Source: Terriglobia bacterium (lineage in GTDB: Bacteria; Acidobacteriota; Terriglobia; Versatilivoradales; Versatilivoraceae). From it: 40,250 bases of DNA. The DNA lies in contig JBGPHY010000002.1 in the NCBI GenBank assembly GCA_041484625.1, positions 1-40,250 on the forward strand, given 5' to 3'. Every line of letters starts with the position of its first letter. Positions within the stretch are counted from its first letter, which is position 1. Of this stretch, positions 25,121 through 34,968 are shown piece after piece. Below the pieces are notes generated by a model, which worked only from the letters and a program-made list of their open reading frames with translations, was not told where the DNA came from and did not search any database. The position numbers were made by a program, and so were the translations under genes.

Positions 25121-25789
25121 TCAGGAAAAATTCAGGTGTGGCAGTTCTCTCAGGTCATCGATCACGTAATCCGGTTCGGGGTCGGTGAGCTGGTCGGGAG
25201 CCAGCCCGTAAGTTACCCCGCAGGTGAGAATCCTGGCGTTGCGCCCTGTCAAAACGTCATTCCTGGAATCTCCTACCATCAAAGCACGCCGGGGAGTTGT
25301 ACCGGTGTCTTCAAGCAGCTTGAGCACTCCCACGGGGGCAGGTTTTTTCTGTTCAAAGCTGTCGCCCCCGTATACATAGAGAAACCTTTCCAGGATGCCG
25401 AGCCCCCTCAAGATGGTAAGGGAAGGCCCCACCGGTTTATTGGTGAGCACCGCGAGGGTCCGTCCTTCCAGTTGACCGAGCGCTTCTGCGACACCCGGAT
25501 AAAGAACAGTGTTGTCCAGCAGATGCTGCTTGTAGTGTCCAATGAACCGCTCCACCGCCTTTCGGATCTCCGGTTCGGAGAACTCCGGCCCAAGGGCCCT
25601 CTGCAACAAAACAAATGCCCCGTCTCCCACGTAAGTGTAGATCAGTTCATTCGGGACAGGTGCGAGCCCGAGTTGGATCCGAGTGAAATTGACGCTGTTG
25701 GCCAAGTCCAGCCGGGAATCGACCAGAGTGCCGTCCAGGTCGAAGATCAATAGATCGAATTTGTTGCGAGGTTCGGGCACAATTTCCAT
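25121..25789 (-). CDS. HAD-superfamily hydrolase, phosphoglycolate phosphatase-like
   Basis: Motif I FDLDGTLVDS, motif II LTNK, motif III/IV GDSRNDV. Lies 18 nt upstream of the ABC ATPase on the same strand. Confidence 0.8.
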   Translation of the reverse strand: MEIVPEPRNKFDLLIFDLDGTLVDSRLDLANSVNFTRIQLGLAPVPNELIYTYVGDGAFVLLQRALGPEFSEPEIRKAVERFIGHYKQHLLDNTVLYPGVAEALGQLEGRTLAVLTNKPVGPSLTILRGLGILERFLYVYGGDSFEQKKPAPVGVLKLLEDTGTTPRRALMVGDSRNDVLTGRNARILTCGVTYGLAPDQLTDPEPDYVIDDLRELPHLNFS

Positions 25790-25980
25790 ACTTCAAGCAC
25801 TCCGATATGAGTTCGGACCCCATTATAGCTCATGGAGGAGGATTCTTTGAAATCTTCCAGGAGATCCACCCTCAGCATGTGTTATATTTTCTGCTCTTTG
25901 CTGACGCGAGGAGTTCGCGGCTCAACAGATAACAATTGAAGGCTGAAAGCCTATTCAGTAAGCTACGAACAGGAGTCTCC

Positions 25981-27021
25981 ATGTTCAAAACCTTGGAGTG
26001 GACCGAAGACGGACTTCGCATGATTGATCAACGGAAATTGCCTGGAGAGGAGGTTTATCCCGTCTTTCGGACCTATCAGGAAGTGGCGCAAGCCATCAAG
26101 GACATGGTAGTGCGAGGCGCCCCAGCGATCGGAGTGGCTGCCGCGATGGGGGTTGCCTTGGGGGTCAAGCAAATTCGCGAGTCTGACCCCGAGCGCTTTG
26201 AAAAGAAGTTCTTGGAAATCTGTAACACGCTTGCCGCCACCCGTCCCACAGCCGTCAATCTCTTTTGGGCTCTGGAGCGGATGAAGAAGGTTTTCTACAA
26301 GGGGCTTGAGGGCAAACCATTAGCCGAACTCCAGGAGATCCTGAAGGCAGAAGCCCTCCAGATATACCGAGAGGATATCGAGTTAAACCGGCAGATGGGC
26401 CGCTTCGGCGCCAGCCTGATTCCGGACCGGGCCACCGTGTTGACCCACTGCAACGCAGGGGCACTGGCCACTGCGGGATATGGGACGGCACTGGGGGTGA
26501 TTCGCGCGGCTATTGAGCAAGGAAAGACGTTGCATATTTATGCGGATGAGACCCGGCCTTTCCTTCAAGGGGCTCGCCTGACAGCCTGGGAACTCCAGAA
26601 GGACAAAATCCCAGTGACGCTGATCACCGACAATATGGCTAGGCATTTCATGAAGTCTGCCAGGATCGATTGCGTACTAGTGGGTGCTGACCGCATTGCC
26701 GCCAACGGTGATGTGGCCAATAAGATCGGGACCTACACAGTGGCTGTGCTGGCCAAGGAAAATGAAGTTCCCTTCTACGTGGCAGCTCCACTTTCCACAC
26801 TGGATCTCAGCTTGTCTTCGGGAGACCAGATTCCTATCGAGCAGCGGCCGGCATCTGAAGTCACTCACATTCAACAGACCCGCATTGCCCCCGACGGAGT
26901 GGAGGTGGCAAACCCGGCCTTCGACGTGACTCCCGCCCGCTATGTGACCGCCATCATTACGGAGAAAGGAATTGCCCATCCGCCTTATTTGGAAAGCTTG
27001 AAAGCGCTCTCCCAAAGTTAA
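25981..27021 (+). CDS. mtnA: S-methyl-5-thioribose-1-phosphate isomerase (methionine salvage)
   Basis: [60 protein letters not shown] 25981 is preferred over the TTG track start 25936. Confidence 0.9.
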   Translation: MFKTLEWTEDGLRMIDQRKLPGEEVYPVFRTYQEVAQAIKDMVVRGAPAIGVAAAMGVALGVKQIRESDPERFEKKFLEICNTLAATRPTAVNLFWALERMKKVFYKGLEGKPLAELQEILKAEALQIYREDIELNRQMGRFGASLIPDRATVLTHCNAGALATAGYGTALGVIRAAIEQGKTLHIYADETRPFLQGARLTAWELQKDKIPVTLITDNMARHFMKSARIDCVLVGADRIAANGDVANKIGTYTVAVLAKENEVPFYVAAPLSTLDLSLSSGDQIPIEQRPASEVTHIQQTRIAPDGVEVANPAFDVTPARYVTAIITEKGIAHPPYLESLKALSQS

Positions 27022-27161
27022 GACCGATCACTTTCCCGTCAGCCGGGTAGATAGTCCGCGGCCGAAGCGAGGGCGGGTGATCACGTGCACTTAAAGGCGG
27101 GCTCTGACATCAATCGGGACGTGGGACCTGAACCTGGACATGAATCTGGTTTCTACTGCCC

Positions 27162-27587
27162 CTAGACTCCTTCACCTTCTTGCCTTCCTGAATATGCGCT
27201 CATCCCGCCCAGCATGTTGTAGAGTTCCTTGAATCCAAGGCTATTCAGAAAGCTGCAGGCTTGAAAGCTTCGCATTCCATGCTCACAGACCACCAGTAAT
27301 GGTTTCTCCGGGTCCAACTCTCTGTAACGATCGGCCAGGGCGGGTAGAGGTAGCAGCCTGGCCCCGGGAATACGGTGCTGCCGATATTCGTGGTCAAAGC
27401 GAACATCAAGCACCTGGACTTCGCCGCTCTCGACCATTCCGGCGGCTTCATAGGCCGAGACATCGTGAACCGCCTGCAGCGGTCTATCTGTCCGCTCCGG
27501 CATAATGGGATGGCCGACGTCTGACGATTGTTGAGAAGGCTCACTTCTTCTTTCTGCAGATCGGAAAATCCTCCTGAACAAATTCAT
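27162..27587 (-). CDS. Rhodanese-domain sulfurtransferase
   Basis: VLDVRFDHEYRQHRIPGA and active-site loop CEHGMRS in a 141-aa ORF. Confidence 0.8.
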   Translation of the reverse strand: MNLFRRIFRSAERRSEPSQQSSDVGHPIMPERTDRPLQAVHDVSAYEAAGMVESGEVQVLDVRFDHEYRQHRIPGARLLPLPALADRYRELDPEKPLLVVCEHGMRSFQACSFLNSLGFKELYNMLGGMSAYSGRQEGEGV

Positions 27588-27622
27588 TCTATTTCAGCTC
27601 CTGACTCAATGTCGTTCCGATT

Positions 27623-28705
27623 TCACAAATGGACAAAAGGAATTGCAGCAACTTCACATTCCACCGAACCCTCATCCTGCATCGCTTGGAGGAGAGTCCC
27701 AGGTTCCAGTACCTCGCGGCGAAGGAAGCTCATAGCAATGGCTCGTCCCAGGGTGGGGGAAAACACACTGCTGGTCACCTGGCCAACTTCTTTTCCGTCC
27801 TTCAGAATCTTGCAGCCCTTCGGTAACGGGTCAGTTTCAGGTAAGAGTAGTCCAGATAGCTTCCAGTTCAACTGACCCCGGTAGGTGGCCCGTGCCACGA
27901 TTTCCTGCCCCATATAGCATCCCTTGGTCAGGCTGATGGCCGATTGTAGACCAGCTTCAAGGGGAAGGTGGCTCTCGTCCAAGTCCAGGCCATAAAGAGG
28001 GACCCCTGACTCTACCCGCATGGCGTTGAAGGCCTCCCAGCCAACTGGTCGGAGTCCATAGAACTCACCTGACTTCAAGAGCAGATCCCAGCTTTCCGTC
28101 AACTTCTCCTTTGATACCATGAGGTCATACCCCCCCGGCGGGATTCGGGAGCGCCGGAAGAAGCGAACCTGAGCCCCAAGAACTTCCGTGATGGCGTGAT
28201 CGAATGGGCTTTGCGGAAGCGAAGCGGAAGTGATCTGGGACAGACCATTTGAGGCCTTGGGTCCCTGGATCGAGAGGACACCCCAGAGGTCGGAAACATC
28301 CTTTACATCCACCTGGTCGGCAATGATGTACTTCTTCAATGCCTGTGGGAGTTTATCGCGAAGAACAGGACTGGAGAGCAGGATAATGGATTCTTCCTCT
28401 CTGTAGACCTGCATGTCGGCCACGATTCTTCCTTGCGGAGTCAACATGGCCGCGTAGCAGCCCTTTCCCGGCAGGAGAGCCTTGATATCGTTGGTCAACA
28501 TGCCGTGCAGGAAACGAACGTGATCCCGGCCGGAGACCTCCAGGATCGTGTCATCCGAAAAGTCCAGCAGTCCCGCTGAATCCTTCAAAACACCGTACTC
28601 CTCGGAAAAGGAGGAGAATCTCAGGGGCATCCCCCAGCCGGGGAGGTCGGTGAAAACGGCTCCGGAGGCTCGGTGCCGCCCATGCAGTTTTGTTTGCCGG
28701 GTCAT
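27623..28705 (-). CDS. ygfZ: Folate-binding YgfZ/GcvT-family protein
   Basis: Aminomethyltransferase fold carrying the YgfZ signature KGCYMGQE. Confidence 0.8.
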   Translation of the reverse strand: MTRQTKLHGRHRASGAVFTDLPGWGMPLRFSSFSEEYGVLKDSAGLLDFSDDTILEVSGRDHVRFLHGMLTNDIKALLPGKGCYAAMLTPQGRIVADMQVYREEESIILLSSPVLRDKLPQALKKYIIADQVDVKDVSDLWGVLSIQGPKASNGLSQITSASLPQSPFDHAITEVLGAQVRFFRRSRIPPGGYDLMVSKEKLTESWDLLLKSGEFYGLRPVGWEAFNAMRVESGVPLYGLDLDESHLPLEAGLQSAISLTKGCYMGQEIVARATYRGQLNWKLSGLLLPETDPLPKGCKILKDGKEVGQVTSSVFSPTLGRAIAMSFLRREVLEPGTLLQAMQDEGSVECEVAAIPFVHL

Positions 28706-28724
28706 TTCTTAGATATTCGTGGGT

Positions 28725-30164
28725 TCATGCGTCCAGGATCTGTTTCAACAGGTCATTCACCATTTTAGGATTGGCCTGACCTTGAGTGGCCTTCATTACC
28801 TGGCCGACGAAGAAGCCGAAGGAGGCCTTTTTCCCGGCGCGATAAAGTTCAAAGGTTTTCTGGTTGGCCGCGATGACATCACGGATTACGGCCTCAATCT
28901 GGGGGGCGTCAGTAATTTGTTTGAGGCCCCTGGCTTCAATGACTTCCTTTGGAGTCTTGCCCTCCCTGATCATAACCTCAAAAACTTCTTTGCCTATCTT
29001 CCCGGAGATTTCACCGCTCTCGATCCTGCGGATTAGCTCAGCCAGGCTCTGAGGCTGAATCGGGGAGGCATCTATCGATTTGTCGAATTGCTTCAGACCA
29101 TGAAGGAGATCCCCCATAATCCAATTGGATGCGGCCTTGGGACTTTGACATAGCCTTACGGTCTGCTCATAGTAGTCCGCCAAGAGACGCGAGGAGGTCA
29201 GCACTCCCGCGTCGTATTCAGGAATCTGGTACTCTCGGGTGAAGCGCCTTTTCCTGGCCTCCGGCAACTCGGGCATGGCGGCCCGCAGGGTGTTCTGCCA
29301 TTCCTGGTCTACCACCAGCGGAGGTAGGTCCGGTTCGGGGAAATAGCGATAATCGTGGGCTTCCTCCTTGGTCCGCATGGAAGTGGTTCGTTGTTCCACG
29401 GAGTTCCACAAGCGAGTCTCCTGAACCACCTTTTCGCCGCTTTCCAGGACGTCAATTTGGCGGGCGATTTCAAATTCCAGGGCTTTCTGCAGAAACCTCA
29501 GGCTGTTGAGGTTTTTCAGCTCGGCTTTGGTGCCCAGGGCCTGCTCCCCAGACAATCGGACCGACACGTTGGCATCGCAGCGCAGGCTGCCTTCCTCCAT
29601 GTTTCCGTCACAGACACCGAGGTATTCCAGAATGAGTTTGAGTCTCGACAGATATTCGTAAGCTTCCGCGGCGGTTCGAATATCGGGTTCACTGACAATC
29701 TCGATCAAGGGAGTGCCGCTTCGATTCAGATCGATGTAGCTGAATCGATCAGAGTCCGCGAACCCATCATGGATGGACTTGCCGGCGTCCTCCTCCATAT
29801 GAACTCGTTTGATTCGAATGACCCGACCCCCTCCATTGCCGGATAACGCAACCCTCCCCAATTCGGCTAGTGGCCGGTCATATTGCGAGATCTGGTATCC
29901 CTTTGGCAGGTCGGGATAGAAGTAGTTCTTGCGGGCGAAAATGGAGATATTGTTAATTTGACATTCCAGGGCCAAAGCGGCTTTCACGGCCATGACCACG
30001 GCTTCGTGGTTCAGTACCGGTAATGCCCCAGGATAACCCAAGCAGACGGGGCAGGTGTTAGAGTTGGGAGGAGCCCCGAATTCGGTGGAGCAAGCGCAGA
30101 AGATCTTGGTGCGAGTCAATAACTGGGCATGAACTTCCAGTCCTATCACTGTTTCGTATTTCAT
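28725..30164 (-). CDS. gatB: Asp-tRNA(Asn)/Glu-tRNA(Gln) amidotransferase subunit B
   Basis: MKYETVIGLEVHAQL ... CPVCLGYPGALP ... C-terminal YqeY-like tail. ATG 30164 is preferred over the extended track start 30236. Confidence 0.92.
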   Translation of the reverse strand: MKYETVIGLEVHAQLLTRTKIFCACSTEFGAPPNSNTCPVCLGYPGALPVLNHEAVVMAVKAALALECQINNISIFARKNYFYPDLPKGYQISQYDRPLAELGRVALSGNGGGRVIRIKRVHMEEDAGKSIHDGFADSDRFSYIDLNRSGTPLIEIVSEPDIRTAAEAYEYLSRLKLILEYLGVCDGNMEEGSLRCDANVSVRLSGEQALGTKAELKNLNSLRFLQKALEFEIARQIDVLESGEKVVQETRLWNSVEQRTTSMRTKEEAHDYRYFPEPDLPPLVVDQEWQNTLRAAMPELPEARKRRFTREYQIPEYDAGVLTSSRLLADYYEQTVRLCQSPKAASNWIMGDLLHGLKQFDKSIDASPIQPQSLAELIRRIESGEISGKIGKEVFEVMIREGKTPKEVIEARGLKQITDAPQIEAVIRDVIAANQKTFELYRAGKKASFGFFVGQVMKATQGQANPKMVNDLLKQILDA

Positions 30165-30180
30165 AGACTCCTTGAATCGT

Positions 30181-30885
30181 CTAGCGGAGCCATCCGGGCA
30201 TGGCTCCGGCTTTGCGGGCGTCCTCCTCCAGGTCACTGTATTCTTTCTGCAATCGCTCCTTCTCTTTCTGAAGGGCGGAACGCTGGCTTTCGAGGTTGTT
30301 GATGCCGACTACAATGTAAGGCGTGTAGGTGCCCATGCCCACCATGATCCCTTCGCCTTTTTTCTGGCGGACCTTTTCATCCAGATCGCTGATTTCCTTG
30401 TCCACGGCAGCCATCTGGTCTCTCAAAGCCTTGGCCCGCTTCCTCCAGTAAGCTTCATCCTGGCCTTTCTCGGAACCAACTGCCTTTGGATTTGCTCCGG
30501 TCTCCCCCTTAGCAGGCTTGTCCTGAGCGGCAGTAGATACCGACCTGTCTTCGGACGAAAGGGGACTGCCAATGGAGACGATATCCTCGTTCGAGTAATG
30601 CTTGGAAGGGTGTGCAGCCCTCTGGATCTGCTTGTTGGCGGCCTCGGTGGCAAGCCAATCAACTTGGCTCACCGGCACGGCATAAAACTTGCCGTCCGTT
30701 GAGGTGAACCGGTATTGACCCTCCATGGAAACCGGGCGGGTACGGGCCTCATAAACCTTGCCGTCCTTCAAAAACACCCTGTAGCTGCCCATCAGGTCAC
30801 AACGCGAACCGATCAAGAGTAGGAAAAACCCCCACCCCACTGACATCAGGGCCCGATGACGGGCGCTAGATCTTGGACTTCGCAT
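30181..30885 (-). CDS. Hypothetical membrane-anchored/secreted protein with coiled-coil C-terminus
   Basis: Hydrophobic N-terminus (WGFFLLLIGS). Two DGK-aromatic beta-like repeats (KDGKVYEA, TDGKFYAV). Charged heptad-like C-terminal half ending PGWLR. Lies 16 nt upstream of gatB. No family recognised. The start could be ATG 30846. Confidence 0.55.
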   Translation of the reverse strand: MRSPRSSARHRALMSVGWGFFLLLIGSRCDLMGSYRVFLKDGKVYEARTRPVSMEGQYRFTSTDGKFYAVPVSQVDWLATEAANKQIQRAAHPSKHYSNEDIVSIGSPLSSEDRSVSTAAQDKPAKGETGANPKAVGSEKGQDEAYWRKRAKALRDQMAAVDKEISDLDEKVRQKKGEGIMVGMGTYTPYIVVGINNLESQRSALQKEKERLQKEYSDLEEDARKAGAMPGWLR

Positions 30886-31022
30886 GGTCGTCTTCTCCGA
30901 TCAAAAAGTGTAAAACAGCCCCAGGCATAACTCAACTTAATTGATGGGACCTCCGCCTTTACTAACTCTTCGCGATTGTTTAGCATTAGTTGCGAGATCA
31001 TGAAAAGTGAGTTCGGAGGTCC

Positions 31023-32732
31023 ATGAGCAGCCAATTAGAAGATCGGGGTTTTAGCGGGTTGTCTTTAATCCTGGGTGGGGCCCTGAGAATTCAGAACAAA
31101 TCGGAGCTTGAACAGTTCCTGGAACAGCCGAAAGCCCAGGGTCTTGTCCGTTCCGCTCCCTACCAGGATGTGTTCATGGTCATCAAGACGGTAGGATTAG
31201 CTGACAGCCTCGAATTTCTGCCTCTGACTTCGAGGGATCAGCGCCGCGGGTTTATCGATTTGGACTGCTGGAGGAAAGACAACTTTCATGTCCACAGTTT
31301 CATGGAATGGCTGGCGGCCTTTATTCAGTGCGGTTCGGAAGAGACCGTGCGCTTGGCCCGATCTGTAGACCCGGAACTCCTGGCGTATTTCCTGAAGCAG
31401 AATATCCAAGTCCATGAGATTGATCCGGAGGAACCGGCCCCGGACGCCCCTCTTGCCTGGACACCGGATCGCCGCTTCGGGATCGAGATTTCGGGGGAGG
31501 AAGAGTCCGCCACCATGGCGCGCCTCTTGCTGGACGCAGTCTTCCGATTCGACCCTTCACTGGGGTACGATCTATTGGACCGTGTTCACTGGGGGAACCT
31601 GGTGGCTCTGGAGGAAGAAGCCTATCAAAACAAGAGGCGGCGCCTGGAAGAGATCGGGTTCGTCGATTACTATGAGGCACTGGAAATCTACTGCGGGTCT
31701 CCAGTCACCCCTCTGCAGGGGCCAATCAGCCCCGCATTTTCCGAAAGGGAGGACATTCCTGGCTCCAGGATGTTGCCGGCTTTGTTCGTGGCGTCGCTCT
31801 CTCATACGGATTATCTTCGCGACGGTTTGCAGCGATTGAAATCCCACGAGGCGATAGAGAGGATCACACGCAGCCTGGCGGCACTCTCCAACCGCATACT
31901 TTCGGTTTATTCCGTGACTCCTGGAGATTTGGAGAAGGTCAAACCTGCCTTGGAAGAGGTACGTGACTTCCTGAGTCTGGGAATTGAGTACATGTCGAAA
32001 GGCCAACAACTCCAAGTCTTGGAGATCCTGGATAGCTGCGATCTGCAGACGATCTTCAAGGCCGGATTCAGCCTGGTGGCGGACTTGCAAAGCAGAGCCA
32101 ATAAGATCCTCCAAGCCGGCGGCCTCCAGCTTCAAGATCGCAGTGAATTATTGCTGGATTCACCGGAACTGGAGTTCTTCTCGGGACTTCGGCGACAGCG
32201 GCCGCTCCTCTTTGAAGGAGTGCAGGATTGCCACCGCTCCTCCTACCGCAACTTCAGGACTTTGGCCGACATCCAGCAATCTGCCCTGGTTCTGGATCAG
32301 ATCGAGGTGCTCTCCGCACAGTTCTGGAGACTCTTTCCTTACCACCAGAAACTGATTCCCCGGGCTAAAGACATCGGTTCCGGATGCGGCAACCGGGAAG
32401 TGCGTTTCTGTCAATTGCTGAACACCGCCTCGATGAACTCACTCCTAAGCAGAGGCTTCAGCTACCAGGCTCTGGATGTTAGGGCAATCTTAGATCTTAC
32501 AAGAACCGCCCTGGCGTCCTCGATAGAGAAAATGGACCTGGAGAATCTGCTGATAGGCCCTGTGGAACAACAAGTGTCAAGGCAAGTAGAAACTGCAGAG
32601 GACAGAAAGGTTTTGGCGATGTACTTCACCAGGTGGATCAGCCGATGCGCTGAGGAGCTGGCCCCCTTACTCCGAGCCGGAGAGATCGACCCCCGGTTTT
32701 TGAGCACGCTTTTGGTTCGGTGCCCTTTGTGA
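31023..32732 (+). CDS. Hypothetical protein, 569 aa, no recognisable catalytic motif
   Basis: Long uninterrupted ORF with coding-like composition, probably mostly helical. Divergent from the 30181-30885 gene. I cannot assign a family from sequence alone. Confidence 0.65.
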   Translation: MSSQLEDRGFSGLSLILGGALRIQNKSELEQFLEQPKAQGLVRSAPYQDVFMVIKTVGLADSLEFLPLTSRDQRRGFIDLDCWRKDNFHVHSFMEWLAAFIQCGSEETVRLARSVDPELLAYFLKQNIQVHEIDPEEPAPDAPLAWTPDRRFGIEISGEEESATMARLLLDAVFRFDPSLGYDLLDRVHWGNLVALEEEAYQNKRRRLEEIGFVDYYEALEIYCGSPVTPLQGPISPAFSEREDIPGSRMLPALFVASLSHTDYLRDGLQRLKSHEAIERITRSLAALSNRILSVYSVTPGDLEKVKPALEEVRDFLSLGIEYMSKGQQLQVLEILDSCDLQTIFKAGFSLVADLQSRANKILQAGGLQLQDRSELLLDSPELEFFSGLRRQRPLLFEGVQDCHRSSYRNFRTLADIQQSALVLDQIEVLSAQFWRLFPYHQKLIPRAKDIGSGCGNREVRFCQLLNTASMNSLLSRGFSYQALDVRAILDLTRTALASSIEKMDLENLLIGPVEQQVSRQVETAEDRKVLAMYFTRWISRCAEELAPLLRAGEIDPRFLSTLLVRCPL

Positions 32733-32746
32733 AAATGCGGGTTTTG

Positions 32747-32796
32747 GTGGAGGGTCGCAGTCTGTAGCGACCGCGGCTCGGACGGAGCCTCGCCCT
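32747..32796 (+). repeat. REP-like GC-rich palindromic intergenic element, copy A
   Basis: GTGGAGGGTCGCAGTCTGTAGCGACCGCGGCTCGGACGGAGCCTCGCCCT begins 15 nt after the stop of the 569-aa ORF. It has a GGTCGC/GCGACC stem and a second GGCTC/GAGCC stem. See copy B at 10813-10865. Confidence 0.6.
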
Positions 32797-33013
32797 TTAG
32801 CATGCTCATCCCCGGTGGCGCCACAATATGGCGCATAGTAAACTCTCATAAATATGGAAACTCTGCTAGCCAATCTGATAGTGCCTTTTGTGGGAACCGT
32901 AGATTTTTTGAACCGGAAGTGCCCACGGCTCACAATTACCGTTCAACGGGGCCGTCAATACCACACTCAACTGCCGATGGTGCCGCCGAGAACGGTCTAG
33001 GGGCGCTTTCAAT

Positions 33014-34414
33014 ATGATCATTGAAAAATTCCTAACTGCCATCCGGGATCAGCAACTCGTGTCTCCAGGGGATCGGGTGCTGCTGGCGGTGTCGGGAGGC
33101 GCCGATTCCACCGCCATGTTACGTCTCTTTCTTGAGATCCGCGCCCACTACCACTTGGATCTGGTCGTCGCTCATCTCAACCATGGTTTACGGCAGGAGG
33201 AGTCGAACGAGGATGAAGAGCACGTCAGACAATTGGCAGCAATCTTTCATCTGGAGATAGTTGCTGAGAGGCTCTCTCCTGTGGATAGATCCTTCGGCCG
33301 GTCGGGTGGTATGGAGAATTGGGCACGTGAACAAAGATATCGATTCCTGGTACAGGCGGCCGAGTCCCTTGGAGCCCAGAAAATTGCTCTTGGTCATACC
33401 ATGAATGACCAGGCGGAGACTGTTCTGATGCGCCTGCTTCGCGGAAGCGGGACCTCCGGGCTGGCCGCCATCCCTGCGGTTCGGGAGAGACGCTTCATCC
33501 GACCCATGCTGCAGATTACGCGTGCCGAGGTCCTTTCCTACCTGGATAGTTGTCAAATAAGGTGGCGGGAAGACTCCTCTAATAGGGACCTCCGGTACTT
33601 TCGGAACCGGATTCGCCTAGAATTGATCCCTTACCTGGAAGAGCGGTATAACCACAGCATCATCAGTGGGTTGGCAAGAACTGCCAGCAATCTCAAGGAA
33701 GAAGCAGACGTTTTGGAGGTCTATACCCAAGCCGATTTCTCCCGGGAAGCCTTCATCTCGAAAGAAAAGGTTGTTTGGGACCTCACACGACTGCGTGAGT
33801 ACCCACCAGCCATTCAACGGCAGTTGCTCCGTCATTCAATGAAATCCCTGTTGCCCGCTGAATTCCTGATTGGACGCCGGATGGTGGACTCCGCTTGCGT
33901 GCTCCTGCAGCCAGGGAAGAGTGGGAAGTCAATCAGCCAGGGAGGACTTCGACTCAGTCGGGAATTCCAGTTCCTCGCCATCGAAGTCCTTGCAAAGAAT
34001 TCTCCAGCCGAACGAGGTTACGACGTACCACTCGAAGTTCCCGGGAAGGTCCGCTTGGATCGGATCGGTTCAGAGTTAGAAGCCTATCTTGGTACATCCT
34101 TGGATGATCATAATCGGATAAACCGATGGGTCCTGTTGCTGACTGCTGAGGAAATGGCTTCTGGCTTGCGTGTCAGGAATTGGAGGTTTGGCGACTGCTA
34201 CCGCCCGATAGGATTTCTTAGGGTAAGGAAGGCAAAGGAGCTGTTTCTCCTTAGAAAGATCCCCCGTCGCCTGCGAAAAATCTGGCCGGTTGTCACTTTG
34301 AGTGATAAGATTATTTTCATGAAAGACTTTCCAGTTGACGCCGATATGTTGCGCAGAGAGCATTCCGAAACAATGACCCAGGTGGTCATCGAGGAAAGGA
34401 ATATCGAACCGTGA
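33014..34414 (+). CDS. tilS: tRNA(Ile)-lysidine synthetase
   Basis: PP-loop LLAVSGGADSTAML and the conserved tilS-hpt-ftsH context. Confidence 0.9.
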   Translation: MIIEKFLTAIRDQQLVSPGDRVLLAVSGGADSTAMLRLFLEIRAHYHLDLVVAHLNHGLRQEESNEDEEHVRQLAAIFHLEIVAERLSPVDRSFGRSGGMENWAREQRYRFLVQAAESLGAQKIALGHTMNDQAETVLMRLLRGSGTSGLAAIPAVRERRFIRPMLQITRAEVLSYLDSCQIRWREDSSNRDLRYFRNRIRLELIPYLEERYNHSIISGLARTASNLKEEADVLEVYTQADFSREAFISKEKVVWDLTRLREYPPAIQRQLLRHSMKSLLPAEFLIGRRMVDSACVLLQPGKSGKSISQGGLRLSREFQFLAIEVLAKNSPAERGYDVPLEVPGKVRLDRIGSELEAYLGTSLDDHNRINRWVLLLTAEEMASGLRVRNWRFGDCYRPIGFLRVRKAKELFLLRKIPRRLRKIWPVVTLSDKIIFMKDFPVDADMLRREHSETMTQVVIEERNIEP

Positions 34415-34944
34415 AGCTAAACCGGGTAATATACAGTGAAGCCCAAATAGCACAGAGGGTTGCGGAGATTGCAGCTAGCATCAACCGAGATTTTGCCGGC
34501 CAGGACATGGCGGTCGTCGGCCTACTGGAAGATTCCTTTATCCTCATGGCGGATTTGATTCGAAAAATCGACTCAAAAGTGTTATGTTATTTCCTGAAAG
34601 CAGACATTGTGGAAGACGACCGAAGTGTATGCCGTATCAAGAAGATATTCTATTCGCCGGAATTGGATATTCATCAGAAAAATGTCCTGTTAGTGGGAGG
34701 AGTTCTGGACACCGGAATCACTCTGGATTTCCTCTCCCGGTACGTCTTGCATGGTGGGCCTAGCCTTCTCAAGATCTGCTTTTTGATTGAAAAACCAAAA
34801 GAGCGGAGAGTGGCACTTCAGTGCGACTATGTCGGGTTTTCCATTGACAACCCGAAGCCTTTTTACCTGGTGGGTTACGGACTTGCCCATAACCAGCAAT
34901 ACCGAAACCTACCATATATTGGGGTGCTGGAACCGGGAGCCTAA
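34411..34944 (+). CDS. hpt: Hypoxanthine phosphoribosyltransferase homologue with substituted PRPP-binding/catalytic motifs
   Basis: GTG start overlaps the tilS stop (GTGA). Colinear with HPRT throughout (IYSEAQIAQRVAEIA ... DYVGFSI ... LVGYGL ... YRNLPYIG). However, VLLVGGVLDTG replaces VLIVEDIIDTG, there is no SSYG loop, and GLAH replaces GxDY. Confidence 0.8.
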   Translation: MKLNRVIYSEAQIAQRVAEIAASINRDFAGQDMAVVGLLEDSFILMADLIRKIDSKVLCYFLKADIVEDDRSVCRIKKIFYSPELDIHQKNVLLVGGVLDTGITLDFLSRYVLHGGPSLLKICFLIEKPKERRVALQCDYVGFSIDNPKPFYLVGYGLAHNQQYRNLPYIGVLEPGA

Positions 34945-34968
34945 GAGTATTAGTTTGGAGGTCTTTCT

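Noticed and set aside
25790-25980. I looked for a SAM/SAH-class riboswitch or T-box upstream of mtnA, since methionine-salvage genes are often riboswitch-controlled.
   Set aside because: No S-box core (GAGGGA ... GGCAACC ... TCCTGC) or other motif I can recognise. There are only small generic hairpins such as GGCTGAAAGCC.
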